64,000 bases of DNA from Gnetum montanum (lineage: Eukaryota > Plantae > Gnetophyta), in assembly GCA_015680685.1 (NCBI GenBank), contig MNCI01002388.1, forward strand, positions 69,671 to 133,670, given 5' to 3'. A model generated the notes under the pieces. It searched no databases, was not told the origin of the DNA, and worked only from the letters and a program-made list of their open reading frames with translations. Of the stretch, positions 1 to 11,200 are shown in pieces (position 1 is the stretch's first letter; every line of letters starts with the position of its first letter). The translations under genes were made by a program, and so were the position numbers.

Positions 1-59
1 AAGAAAAAAAGAAAAAAGAAAAAGAAAAAAACTAAAACTGATATATAATTACATTTGTA

Positions 60-1722
60 TTGTTATCAATAGTGTGAAATGTGTCCATCCTGTGGACCAA
101 GTTGTATTCCCTGCATTTTTTTATGTTGAATTGTTTATCTCTATGCCTAGTCTTTAATTTTTATGTTTTAAAGTTGACTTGTGGGCTAACAGCTAGGAGT
201 CTATGTTGTTTTAAAAGTTAAAAGTATGGTTTTATGTTTCATTTACACATGTCCTAAAATGGAATGAGGGGGCCAATGTGTCTTCATGTATGTTGAAGCC
301 ATATGTGGCAACCCGAGCCCCCACTCCAACTGTAACTGGATGAGAGTTTATTTTCTTTTGAAAAGTGAATTGAAGAAGTGAGTGATGTTGAAGGTTCCCT
401 AAGTTTCCTTGTGTGGTTTTCTTTTCTCTCATCCTTGCATTCTTACAACATGAATTTCTCAATGGAGATCCTCAAACAATTTTCTCATCCTCACATCTGC
501 ACAATTATTCATGCATAGTTTCTCACACATTCTCTCAATTTTATCTTATTCTTACATGTTGTTCTTATGAGTTTCAGTTTCTCACAATGTTACCATAGTT
601 TCCAGTTTATAATTTCAGTTGTAAGTTTATTTTCCTTGTTTACAATATGCTTTGTTTCAGCGTTTCATTTGCATGTTTAAGCAATTTATGTTTCGTGGTT
701 ATGTATGCATGAATTTGAATAAATTGAAGCTTTGTGGCTTCTGTTCTAGCAAGGGTTCATCTCAATTCCTGATCTATGAACTTCCAGCATTGAGAATCCA
801 AGATCTCTCATAGATTTTGAATCCATTTGAGGGTGTTGGGAGCACCAATTTGAAGTTTCCTCACATCCTGTTCTTGTTTTCACAAGTCTGAAGCAAATTT
901 GAACGTGTAAGCTTTTTTGGCATGAAGAATTGAGGAGAACTAATGTTGCAATGGTTCTAGACATCTAAATTCCAGATCTAGATCTCTTTTTGAGGATTGA
1001 ATTGTAAATTTCATCTAATAGAAATTTAAGTTAATGTTTCATGGTATAGACCCTTTAAATTTGATGTTGAAAGTTCATTAAATTAGGTAGCATGTTTGAA
1101 TATCTGATAAATGTGGGTTGAAAAAAGTCTCCTTTGCTTATCTTTCCATTTATCAGGCCTAAATTGCTGATAAGACTTGAAATTTGAAGTTGTTATTTTT
1201 GATTTTCAGTGAGATTATGTATACTACAACTTGATTGCAACCTTCTTCGCTCGTAGTCACTCTTTAGATTTTCATGAGTAAACTGTGACTCACGGTTAAT
1301 TTGTATTGAAAAATACTGCCACTTGTGGTTCATGCTCTTTTTGCATCACTGCAATCCCATACTTTCATTTGTGGTACTTCACTTGCAGTCATCTGCTATA
1401 CTTTTTGCCGGGACTAATGGTCCAGATGTTTTTTTGACTGTGACTCACGGTTCTTGTCCATACATTTTCACCGTGATGCACAGTTTTACCAGTTTTAATA
1501 GGCCTCTCTGTTTTGTGATTTCATAGGCATCACAACCTGCAGTCCAACTTGTGGTCTTCATTGTGACCCCCATTGCAAATGATGGTTGACTTGCAGTTTA
1601 CTAGTTATCCACTGCAACTAAATACTTTGCTCACATTCTAGCTTGGGTTGTATCTTTCTCGGCCACATCAACCTATGGCTTGATTATCTAGAGACCTGCA
1701 GCCCACCTTGTCATCGTTGTGC
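60..1722. mobile_element. Unclassified ~1.66-kb insertion (possibly a solo LTR) splitting the LINE tail
   Basis: It separates two contiguous pieces of the RTE-X 3' end. No credible ORF. Palindromic ACYGTGA-N-TCACRGT motifs near 1282, 1437 and 1470. Confidence 0.45.
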
Positions 1723-2360
1723 AAGACCTAAAGGATTTGTTAGACAAATTAACTTGTACAAAATTCATTAGTAGCAATAAATTCCAATTATGATAGATGT
1801 GTTCCATATTTATGCAACTTAAGCAATTTTTCTATATAATTCCCTAGAACCAGCATCATCGCTTGAATAGCGTATACAAAGATTGACTAGAGATTTGCCA
1901 TTTTCTTCTAAAGAAATCTCTTTTGCATAGTAATACATATTTGTCTTCTACTACTTTTAGTATAGTAAACACAATTGACATATTCTATCTTTACATGCTT
2001 TATTGATTTTAGCAAGACATTTGATTCAATTATGTGAGAAAAATGACGAAGGTTATCAAACTTGAGGTCAATTTTGGTTTACTAAATGCTACCAAGAAAT
2101 TATATAGAGAAGTAATTTTTGTATTAAAATATGAAGAACCTATAGAATCTTGTTAGTTTTACAACAATATAGGAGTAAAACAAGGTTATTCTAGTCAACA
2201 TTGTTTGGTGTTTTTATTGATAAATTAGAAGAGTGGATTAAATAAGTACCTAGAAATTATATTATTAAAATGGATCAATTGTGAATATGAATTTTAATCT
2301 TTGTAGATAATATAACACTAGTGGTAAATTCAAAAATATGGTTAGAAGTAATGTTGCACT

Positions 2361-5300
2361 TGTTTTAATCAGAAGCAATAGTTTTAATAAAATAGTCAGC
2401 AGATTAGATCTGAAAATACACTAGAGAAGCTTTTGAGAAATTATTAGAATGCTGTAGATCTGAATAAAACGTTAAAGGTAGAAAATATCGCGTTGTAGTA
2501 GATTAAATAGACGTAGTAAATCACTAAAAACCGCTGTAAACTCCAGCAAACGTTTGTTGTAAAAGCAAAATGAAAACAGCGAAAGAAAATAGCACAAGAA
2601 CATAGAGATTTACGTGGTTTGGGCCTTTTTACCCTACCTCCATGACAATGCTAATCTGCCTTCAATTCTACTCAAATCTTAAGGACACAAGCCGTCCTTA
2701 TAGCTTTCCCAAGCACCCTAAAAGGACTTCTTATGTTGTTTGAGCCATTGTTGTCCTTGTCTTTCGTTTGCAGCTCACTAAACATCACTTTTTCTTGGAA
2801 TTTAACGTCCCTTGATCTCACTACATGTTTCAATTTAGGATCCCAAAGTTTGACTCCTAAATCATCTTCTCCATATCTAACAAATATGCAACGTTTAGCC
2901 TTGTCTTGTAGCTTAGTTCTGTTCTCCTTTGGAATATGCATAAATGCCTCGCATCCGAAAATTATTAAATGATTGTATGAAATGTTTTTACCTCTCCAAA
3001 TAGGTTCTAGAACAACATTATCAATTGAAGAATGGGGAGACCTGTTCACCAAATATGTTGCAGTCTTAATTGCCTCTCCCCAAAACATCTTAGGTAGGCC
3101 AACACCTGAAACCATTGTTCTAGCATGATCCAACAATGTTCTGTTGCATCTTTCAGCAACTCCATTTTCCTATGGTGTACCAAAAGGGGTACGAATGTGC
3201 CTAATTCTTTTGTTGTTGCAGAAATCAGCAAATACTTGGGAAGTGTTCTCCCCACCGTTATTAGTTTGCAAGCATTTTATTTTCAGGCTTGTTGCATTTT
3301 CTACTCTTGCAACAATTGTTTTGAAAACTGAAAACACTTCATCTTTTGATTTCAGCATACAAACCCAAACCTTTCTTGTACAATCATTTATGAAAGTCAC
3401 AAAATAAAACAGATCCACCAAGAGAAACGAGAGTCATAGGACCACAAACATTAGAATAAACCAATTCTAACTTATTTTTCTTTTTGTTGTCTAGATCCCT
3501 ATGGAAGTTTACTCTCCTAGATTTTCCAACTAAACAATCTTTGTAATTAGTTTGGGTATAAGAAAATACAGGAATGAGAGACTGATTTTAAAGTACCTTT
3601 AAGCCTGACCAGACAATGTGTCCAAGACGTCTATGCCACACTTCAAAACTTTTTGCATCAGAAATTGCTACAATAGAGTTACATGAATCTGCCATCAACG
3701 TATATAAGCTGCCCTCCTTATTTCCTTTCAAAATGGTTATGATTCCCTTGGAAATTCTCCAACGTCCACCTCCACTATTGAAATTCAGACTTGAATCATC
3801 TAGCTATGGAACTAAAATCATATTCTTTGTGACTTCAGGAACATGTCTAATGTTATCTATTGTCACCTTTGGCATCCTTGCTTGTTGCAGACTTATACTT
3901 CCAATTCTAAGAACTTTTAAAGCTTTTCCATTAGTAGCATATACAAAACCAAATTTAACCTCATGATAAGATGTAAAACAAGATTTATCTAGACAAATGT
4001 GAAAGGAGGCACTTGAGTCAATCAACCAGATGTCACTGCTACGTCCATCTGCCACCATTGTACATAGTTCTTGAACCAAGAAACTAATGTTTTCATCAGC
4101 TGCATTTACCTTTGATGTTCTTTCCTCCGACTTCTTCTCCTTTCCTTTATCTTTTTGTGCTTTCCATGCAAAATAGTCCTTCTTTAAATGACCTTTCTTC
4201 TTACAGAACCAACACTCTTGAGTTTGAGTTTTGCCATGTGATACACCTTTGTTCCTACTTCTTCCCCTACTTGGGGAACATCTCCTACTTCTCCCGCTTT
4301 TCTCTGGTACATGAACATTTTCAGATCCAAAAGACTCATCTGCTTTTCCTTTTGAATCTTGAAGGGTAGACACGACCTGTTCAAATGTCATAGATGAAAC
4401 ACTCATAAAAGTAGTAATAGATGTCACAATTGCAAACCAAGAATTAGGTAAGGAGTCTAACAGAGCATAGAATTTAACTAAATTTGGAATAACAATTTTA
4501 TATTTTTCCAACTTATTTAGATTTCCCATCAACTCATCCAAATGATCTTGGAAAGACACATTAGATCTCTGCTTGCATCCAAAAATTTTCTGATAAATAT
4601 GAAAGGTATTCAAACCTGATACTTTGTCAAACCTATTTTTCAACGTTTGCCACAAATCATGTGGATCCATATCAGGTTTAATTGACGCCAAGATCCCATT
4701 GCTTAGGGTTGGATGAATGAAAGATAATGCCTTAATCTTAATTTTTCTCCAATCAGCATTCGACATTCCTGTTGGTTGAGAGGGTACTAGGGCCTCCTAG
4801 CACTCCTTCTATGCTAAGATGGCTTGCATCAATATGCTTCAAACGTTCCAGTTCCTTTCTACCAATCTTTCTGTTGTTTGCAGCCTCTCCATCTCTTTAG
4901 ATCTAGCTTCGATATCGGTTGTTATAATCGGAAGCGATAGTTTCAATAAAACAGTTAGTAGATCAGATTTGAAAATACATTAGAGAAGGTTTGGAGAAAT
5001 TATTAGAACGCTATAGATCTGAATAAAATGTTAAAGGCAGAAAATATCATGCTGTAGCAAATTAAATAGACGTAGTAAATTACTAAAAACCACTGTAAAC
5101 TCTAGCAAACATTTGCTGTAAAAGCAGAATGAAAACAGTGAAAGAAAATAGCACAAGAACATAGAGATTTACGTGGTTTGGGCCCTTTTTATCCTACCTC
5201 CATGACAATGCTGATTTTCCTTCTATTCTGCTCAAATCTTAAGGACACAAAGTGTCCTTATAGCTTTCCCAAGCACCCAATCTGTTGCTCCAATAGATCT

Positions 5301-5521
5301 CAGACCAACATAAAAAAGACTCTTGTCTCCAAGGTAAAACCTCAATACAATGCTTCCACATCATAAACACACACTTAAAGGCTACCCCAAGCCTTCTAGT
5401 TACAAGGAAACATTTACAAACTAACCCCTTTATATTATTTATAATGCAACATCCTTTTAAAAAAAACATAAAAGGAAATACAACAAATAATACTAATGTA
5501 TTTGTCTTCATTTTTCCAACA
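2361..5521 (-). mobile_element. Ty1/Copia (Tnt1/Tork-like) LTR retrotransposon, internally deleted
   Basis: 5' LTR 4920-5521 (TG..CA); truncated 3' LTR 2361-2718; TSD GCACT/GCACC; decayed tRNA-Met PBS ~4905-4918; gag, protease and integrase remnants. Confidence 0.92.
2719..4892 (-). pseudogene. Copia gag-protease-integrase, frameshifted; RT and RNase H deleted
   Basis: ORF 3804..4766 has the zinc knuckle CWFCKKKGH and protease WLIDSSASFH. ORF 3170..3421 has YFVTFINDCTRKVW and NNGGE. ORF 2672..3136 has FWGEAIKTATYLVNRSP, FGCEA and SRDVKF. Confidence 0.9.
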
Positions 5522-5964
5522 GCACCAATTAGTAAATTTTTGTAAACATGCATGGGTGAAGGTGAAGATTGACAAAACAAGTGCTAATTTATTGAAACAA
5601 TAAGATATTATAATTTTCAGTTAAATAGTACATCCCTTGAGATTGTGGATATATATTTGGAAGTATAATGCTCTCAAAATTATAAGTGGAAGTATTGTAT
5701 CAAAACAAGTTACAAATGGCTGGATGATTTTTTCCACAATGAATTTTAACTGTATCAAGCCTACTGTTTAGACTTAGGTAATTCGAATAGATCTATTTTG
5801 AACAATTGTTCAACCTAAAGTATTCTATGAATATGTAGTTTGAGGTCCATGTTTTAATTAGGAATCTTGAAAAAAGTGAAATACTTCAAAAATAATTCTT
5901 ATTCGATGCATTCAAGGTCAAAATTGAAGTTCCATATGCAATATTTTTTAGAAGCTAATATGTA

Positions 5965-7790
5965 AGCTAATTACATTCTATGTATTATGTTTTTACTTCT
6001 CCTAATTTTTAAGCCCTTTGATTCTATAACCCATCATCACTTTTTCATTTTAGAAGTAATATTTGCTGAAGATGTAATCACCAACACAATATTATCTAGA
6101 AATAGTACAGACTAGGGCATGTCATCCTATATTTCTTTAGTTCATCTTGTATTTCCTTAGTTCATCCATGACAATAGCAAAGAAGTAAGGACTAATTGTA
6201 GACCCTTCAGATAGATCTACTGTGGGTGGAAAATCAAATGTTATTCCACAAGCTATTCTAATTCTAGTAGTAGCTCCTCCATGTATGTCTTAAATCATTT
6301 TAATTTATTTATCAGAAATGTTTTTCCTTTGTAAGGCCCATACTTATGAAGATTAGACTGGAATTGCAATCTAGGTGATTCTAGATTGCAATCTGAACAA
6401 TTATGATCTGGATTAGTTGTAGATCGTGATTCCAAATAAAAAATCATGATGTTGTGTCATGATTCCGAGCAATTCCAGACAATTTTGGGTGACTCTGTGA
6501 TATTCCAGATGATTTTGGGCAATTCTAGACAATTCTAGAATCTTTAAAAACACTAATTAGAAATTAACACTTTTTTTACATTTAACATTTCTTTAAACAT
6601 TAAAACATTATGGAAATAACAAAATTCAAAAGTTAATACACCTATAAAAGTAGAAAGAATGAGCATAGAACATTTTACGTATGCGTCATTTGCAGTTTCA
6701 AGGTTTTTGGCACTTTGAGTGCATATTCTTTTGCAAGGAGCAATGCATTTTGAGCACAACACATTCTTGGGGAGTTTAACAAGACATTCTTCAAGAGCTC
6801 AATAGTGCATTCTTCAACTTCTTTTGAATCACTTCGGTAGCTGACTGCAGACACTCTTCAGTTTATTTGTTTTAATTGATGGTGAATACTAAATACTGCG
6901 GTGTAGCACAAAGAAGCAACATTCAATGTAGCTTACATTTGAAACTTTTTGTAATGTATATGAGAGTACAAACAATGAATTTATGTTGATGTTTATGCTT
7001 GATGCAATGCTATTATATTAATATGTGTAGAGATTTCTATTTTAAAGTTGAGTATATTGGTTTTTTCATGGATTTTCAATTCTTTGTTTTCTTAATTGCA
7101 TATACTTTTGAAAATGATTAAACATACAATATTTTTTGTAATGTTTTTTAATAGCACAATGGGATGCGATTTTGAATCGCAATCTGTGATCTAGAATTTT
7201 AGGAATGAAAAAATGATCTACGATCTAATCTGATCTTCATGAGTATGGTAAGGCCCACCAAATGATATTTTTAAGCACTCAATCATGTACTTTTTCCAAG
7301 TCAATAAAGATCGTACGTAAATTTTCTTTGTTTTCTAAATTTCTCCATTCATTTAGATATCAAGAAAATAGTTTGTATAGTTAGTCCTTGGCATAAATCC
7401 AAATTGTTTTTCTGATATTGTTTGTTCAAGTTTGAGATGTTGCTCTACAACTCTCTTTGAAAGCTTCGTAATATGGCTCATAAAGCTTGATTTCTTTGTA
7501 GTTTGCACAATTTTGCACATCTCCTTTGTTCTTGTAAATGGGCAGAACAATGTTTTTTCGCCGGTTATGCATTTCTTCATCCTTCAAATTTTGTTAGCCA
7601 TGAGGTTTCTATATCTCCCATTGCTTTCCAAGCTTCTATAGGAATACTATCTGGTCTAGTTGCTTTACCATTTTCATCTTTGGTAAGGATGTCTTCATCT
7701 CAAAGAAGAAAAATTGCTTTAGCATTTCAAATTTAGATTCTTCTTCTTGGGTGTTCTCTCTTGGACATTCTCAATTGCATCTACACAGAC
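5965..7790 (-). mobile_element. RTE-clade LINE fragment (RT region), split by a hAT MITE
   Basis: Motifs PDSIPIEAWK, ISEKQFGFMP and IFIDLEK...IIWWAL. The sequence continues across the MITE into FAIVMDEL. Homologous to 11100-11570. Confidence 0.85.
6339..7247. mobile_element. Non-autonomous hAT DNA transposon (909 bp)
   Basis: Perfect 8-bp TSD GTAAGGCC (6331-6338 / 7248-7255). 19-bp TIRs CATACTTATGAAGATTAGA vs CATACTCATGAAGATCAGA. GATTC/GATCT subterminal repeats. Confidence 0.93.
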
Positions 7791-8127
7791 ATAATCAAGC
7801 TTCAGTTTAATATTTTAAAGATTGTGATAATGTAATAAACCTTTATTCATGATTTTTTGTTGATCTGTAAAGGCTCAAGTGTTTTCTGTTTGAATATTTT
7901 ATCATTAATAAAAGAATCTTTTTACCTATCAAATGAATAGTTTAAAGAATAGTTCTAAATCCATCTTCTTAGTTATTTAAGCCAATGAAATTGGCATTTT
8001 TGTAATTTGGCCAATCTTATGATCCATTTTTGATTTAATATGCTGATGCCATGAATTATGTTGTGTTCGCTATCATTTTCATTGCCTTTAATCTTTCATC
8101 TGAAATATTTTTTACTGAATCAATCAG

Positions 8128-8217
8128 GTGGGATTATCAAGGACCTTACAAACCATTGCATGTGATGAACCCAACTAGAGTTTCTTTTATCCGTTCTACT
8201 CTTTGTCGACATTTCAG
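8128..8217 (+). CDS. COQ3: COQ3 internal exon (WDYQGPYKPLHVMNPTRVSFIRSTLCRHFR)
   Basis: cag|G acceptor, AG|gt donor, conserved PLHxMNPTR motif. Confidence 0.93.
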
Positions 8218-11200
8218 GTTGTGTAACATTGCATGTTTTGGTTACTGTTACATCATTAGAAGTTTGACATAGCATAGTGCTTTTTAGTAGCAATCCGTTT
8301 TGCTCTGCTTTATGAATTATGAATTTTATCTTCTTCAGAATGTTACGTGCTTATTCCAATGGGAAGACACACTTTACTTTTTATCTACGTTAATTTTCAG
8401 ATGCTTTATATTTCTGCAACATTCAAAAACTCATTGAAGTGTAGATTGTTTTTAAGGCTCTTGACTTGCATCTTACGAGTTACATGTTCAATCCTAGTGG
8501 ATTATAATGAGATCTAAGTTATCTGTCTAAAAGCAATGGTTGAAAATAGATTTTGAAAAATAGATTTTTAGGTTCTCAATGTGGACATATAAAACTCTTA
8601 AGTTTCAGTTTTGTACAGATATTCATTACGCTAGTTGTTCATGAGTCTTAAATGATGATGGCGTATAAAGACTTACTTGAGCAGTTTCTGTTCACAATAG
8701 TGAGATTCCTGAGCTACATTTTTGCAGGCAAAGATTTATTATTTATTTACCATTTTTAAAAATCTACATACATTGTTGAAAGTGTTGGATTTAGTTTCTA
8801 TGTTATATCATGTTCATGCAGCTGTACACTTGTGTGCTTTTATATCTTCTTGCAGCATTATTGGCTAACAAATTTTATAGCTTTGGTTTATTTTAAATCA
8901 TTTTACAAATTCCTGCCTTTGTTGGTGGTATGTCTATTGTTAGTGCTATTTTCGTATTCTTTGTAGGGCAATATATTTTGCTATCATTTTTATGTTTTAT
9001 GTTTGCCGTGTTTCGTAATAAATAAATTTTGCTTATAAAAAGCAAGTTACCAATTTTGTGTGTTTCTTCTTTTGACCGCATCCAGAAAAGATCCATATTG
9101 TATACGACCATTTGAAGGTTTAAAACTAGTGGATGTTGGCTGTGGAGGTGGGATTCTATCAGAGGTACATTTTAATTTGAGAAAAGATGAAATTTTGGAA
9201 GAAAGGAAGTTGTTTATTAACTATCACGTATGTTTAGACTAGATTTATTTAGGTTAGCTGTTAACCGTTGTGTGTTTTTTTTAGAAGGGATTAATTTGTA
9301 GATTTTATAATTTTATCCCGACTATCCTTTATAGATGTTAAATTCCACTAATCAAACATTTTTTTTGTACTGATTTCTTCATATTTTGTAATACTGAGAT
9401 TAGTGCTGGACACCTAGTTCCGAACTGCACTCCTCTGTTCCACTATAATTAAGTGTACTGGGGCAATGTTTTATTTTGTTTTCCATACGCTACCTTTGTT
9501 GTCAAGTAATTAAATGCGCACATCCACAAAAGCAATTCCTTTTGATTACAGAATAAAAAACAAAAGCAGCTATAAAAGAGCCAAAAGAACATGATATACC
9601 GTTAAGGTATAATCTTTAATGACTTCTCAAAAATAGACAGTACAAGACAAGCATTTCCATGGATCGTACAAGCTACTCTTATCATAAATATCTCTTGATG
9701 TTATATTTGAACAGGTCTCTTGATAAGAACATCACAAAATCTTAAGTCAAAATTTGTATGAGCTTTTCAGGCTACCAATGTTGGTCTAGGGTTTCATATT
9801 ACATGAATAATCGACACATCTAAGAAGTGTTCATATTATGTGAATAATAGACACATATATTGTACTTAGGATTTATTGCCACTGATATATTTTCTACAAA
9901 CTAATTTTTTAAATAGATCCTTTGCGTCTATATAGATGGAATTAAACTTTGGTTTCGGTTTTAGTTTCATATGACCTCACACAGTCAAGAGATTAAGGTG
10001 TTTAAACAGCTATTCAGAAAACCCACAACTTACCTTTGGGTTTACAGATCCCAAATTAATGCCTGAGACCTAATAATTTCATGGCAGCTTTTAATAGTTG
10101 TGACCGGCTCATTTAATCCAAACCAATTAAAAAGAATAACCAAATAGTACATTGGATCAGCCAAGGTTTTGCATTATAATTACAGCAGCTTGTTTCTAGG
10201 TACCATTTTTTTATAACTATATTCAATCAGCTTTATTATTCCCTCTGGTTTTATAGATTCTCTAAATGAATTCCTTTTATGTTTATTTGTATATTTATTT
10301 ATTTTTGCCATGTTCAATTTTTGGAAGTTGGTTTGCTACCTCTTTCTAATATAACATTTTATTAATCTAACAGTTTGTAAAAATAACATGCTAGCATGCT
10401 ACCCATTCTTTGATAGATTTGCATGTATAATATGAACTATCTATGCCGTTGTCATCTACTTCCTGTCAATTTTACATAAAAGTTTGGAACAAATCTTTGC
10501 AATAGAAGCACCTGTGTTTTGTGGAGTTGAGAGATAAAATAACATAGGTTGTTAGAAGAATATTGTTATTGAAAACTTTATACGAGTGTCTTGCTTCTTT
10601 TTCAGTGAGACAGTTGTCAAATAACTTTGTAATTTATAACTTTGGTCTCAGAATCATTTATAATACACAGGAACTTTGTTTATTATTTAATATTTGATTT
10701 TTTTTACAGCCTTTAGCAAGACTGGGAGCCTCAGTGACAGGGATTGATGCTGTCGAAAAGAACATCAAAATTGCATCAATTCACTCAGTGAGCTTCTATT
10801 TTATTTGTGCACAAATATGATGTACCTATGTTTCACTATGTCAAATTATGGTTCTAAGATTTAAGTGGTGGCATTTTCTTATCACTTTTAGAGTTAAATG
10901 ACCATTTACAGAAACGATTGTTTTTATTCTGGATATGGGAAAGTATTTGTTTCTTTTCAAATGTATTTATAAGAAATTCAGGAATACATGTTATTATAGT
11001 TATACATTTATTTCTACGCTGGAACTGTTATATTTTATGGTTTTAAATTCTGTTGCTTTTTCTTCCTTTTTTTTAAACATTATCTTGTTGGACATCTACT
11101 ATAGAGGCTATTTTTTTTGAAATGATAATTAATGGAGAAATTTAGAAAACATAGAGAAAATTTATGTAGTATCTTCATTGACTTTAAAAAAGCATATGAT

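Larger units (their letters stand above)
29..5960 (-). mobile_element. RTE-X-type LINE copy 1, fragmented: 3' tail ~29-59 (-), 3' region ~1723-1990 (-), RT region ~1990-2360 and 5522-5960 (inverted, +)
   Basis: RT motifs CFIDFSKTFDS, GVKQG and TLFGVFID lie on +. The reverse complement of 1730-1987 aligns to 22700-22960, and 29-59 matches the tail at 12168-12200. Confidence 0.75.

Noticed and set aside
8051-8272. Stand-alone small ORFs overlapping COQ3 exons (also 9060..9242 and 14954..15220)
   Set aside because: These are exons read through into intron sequence.
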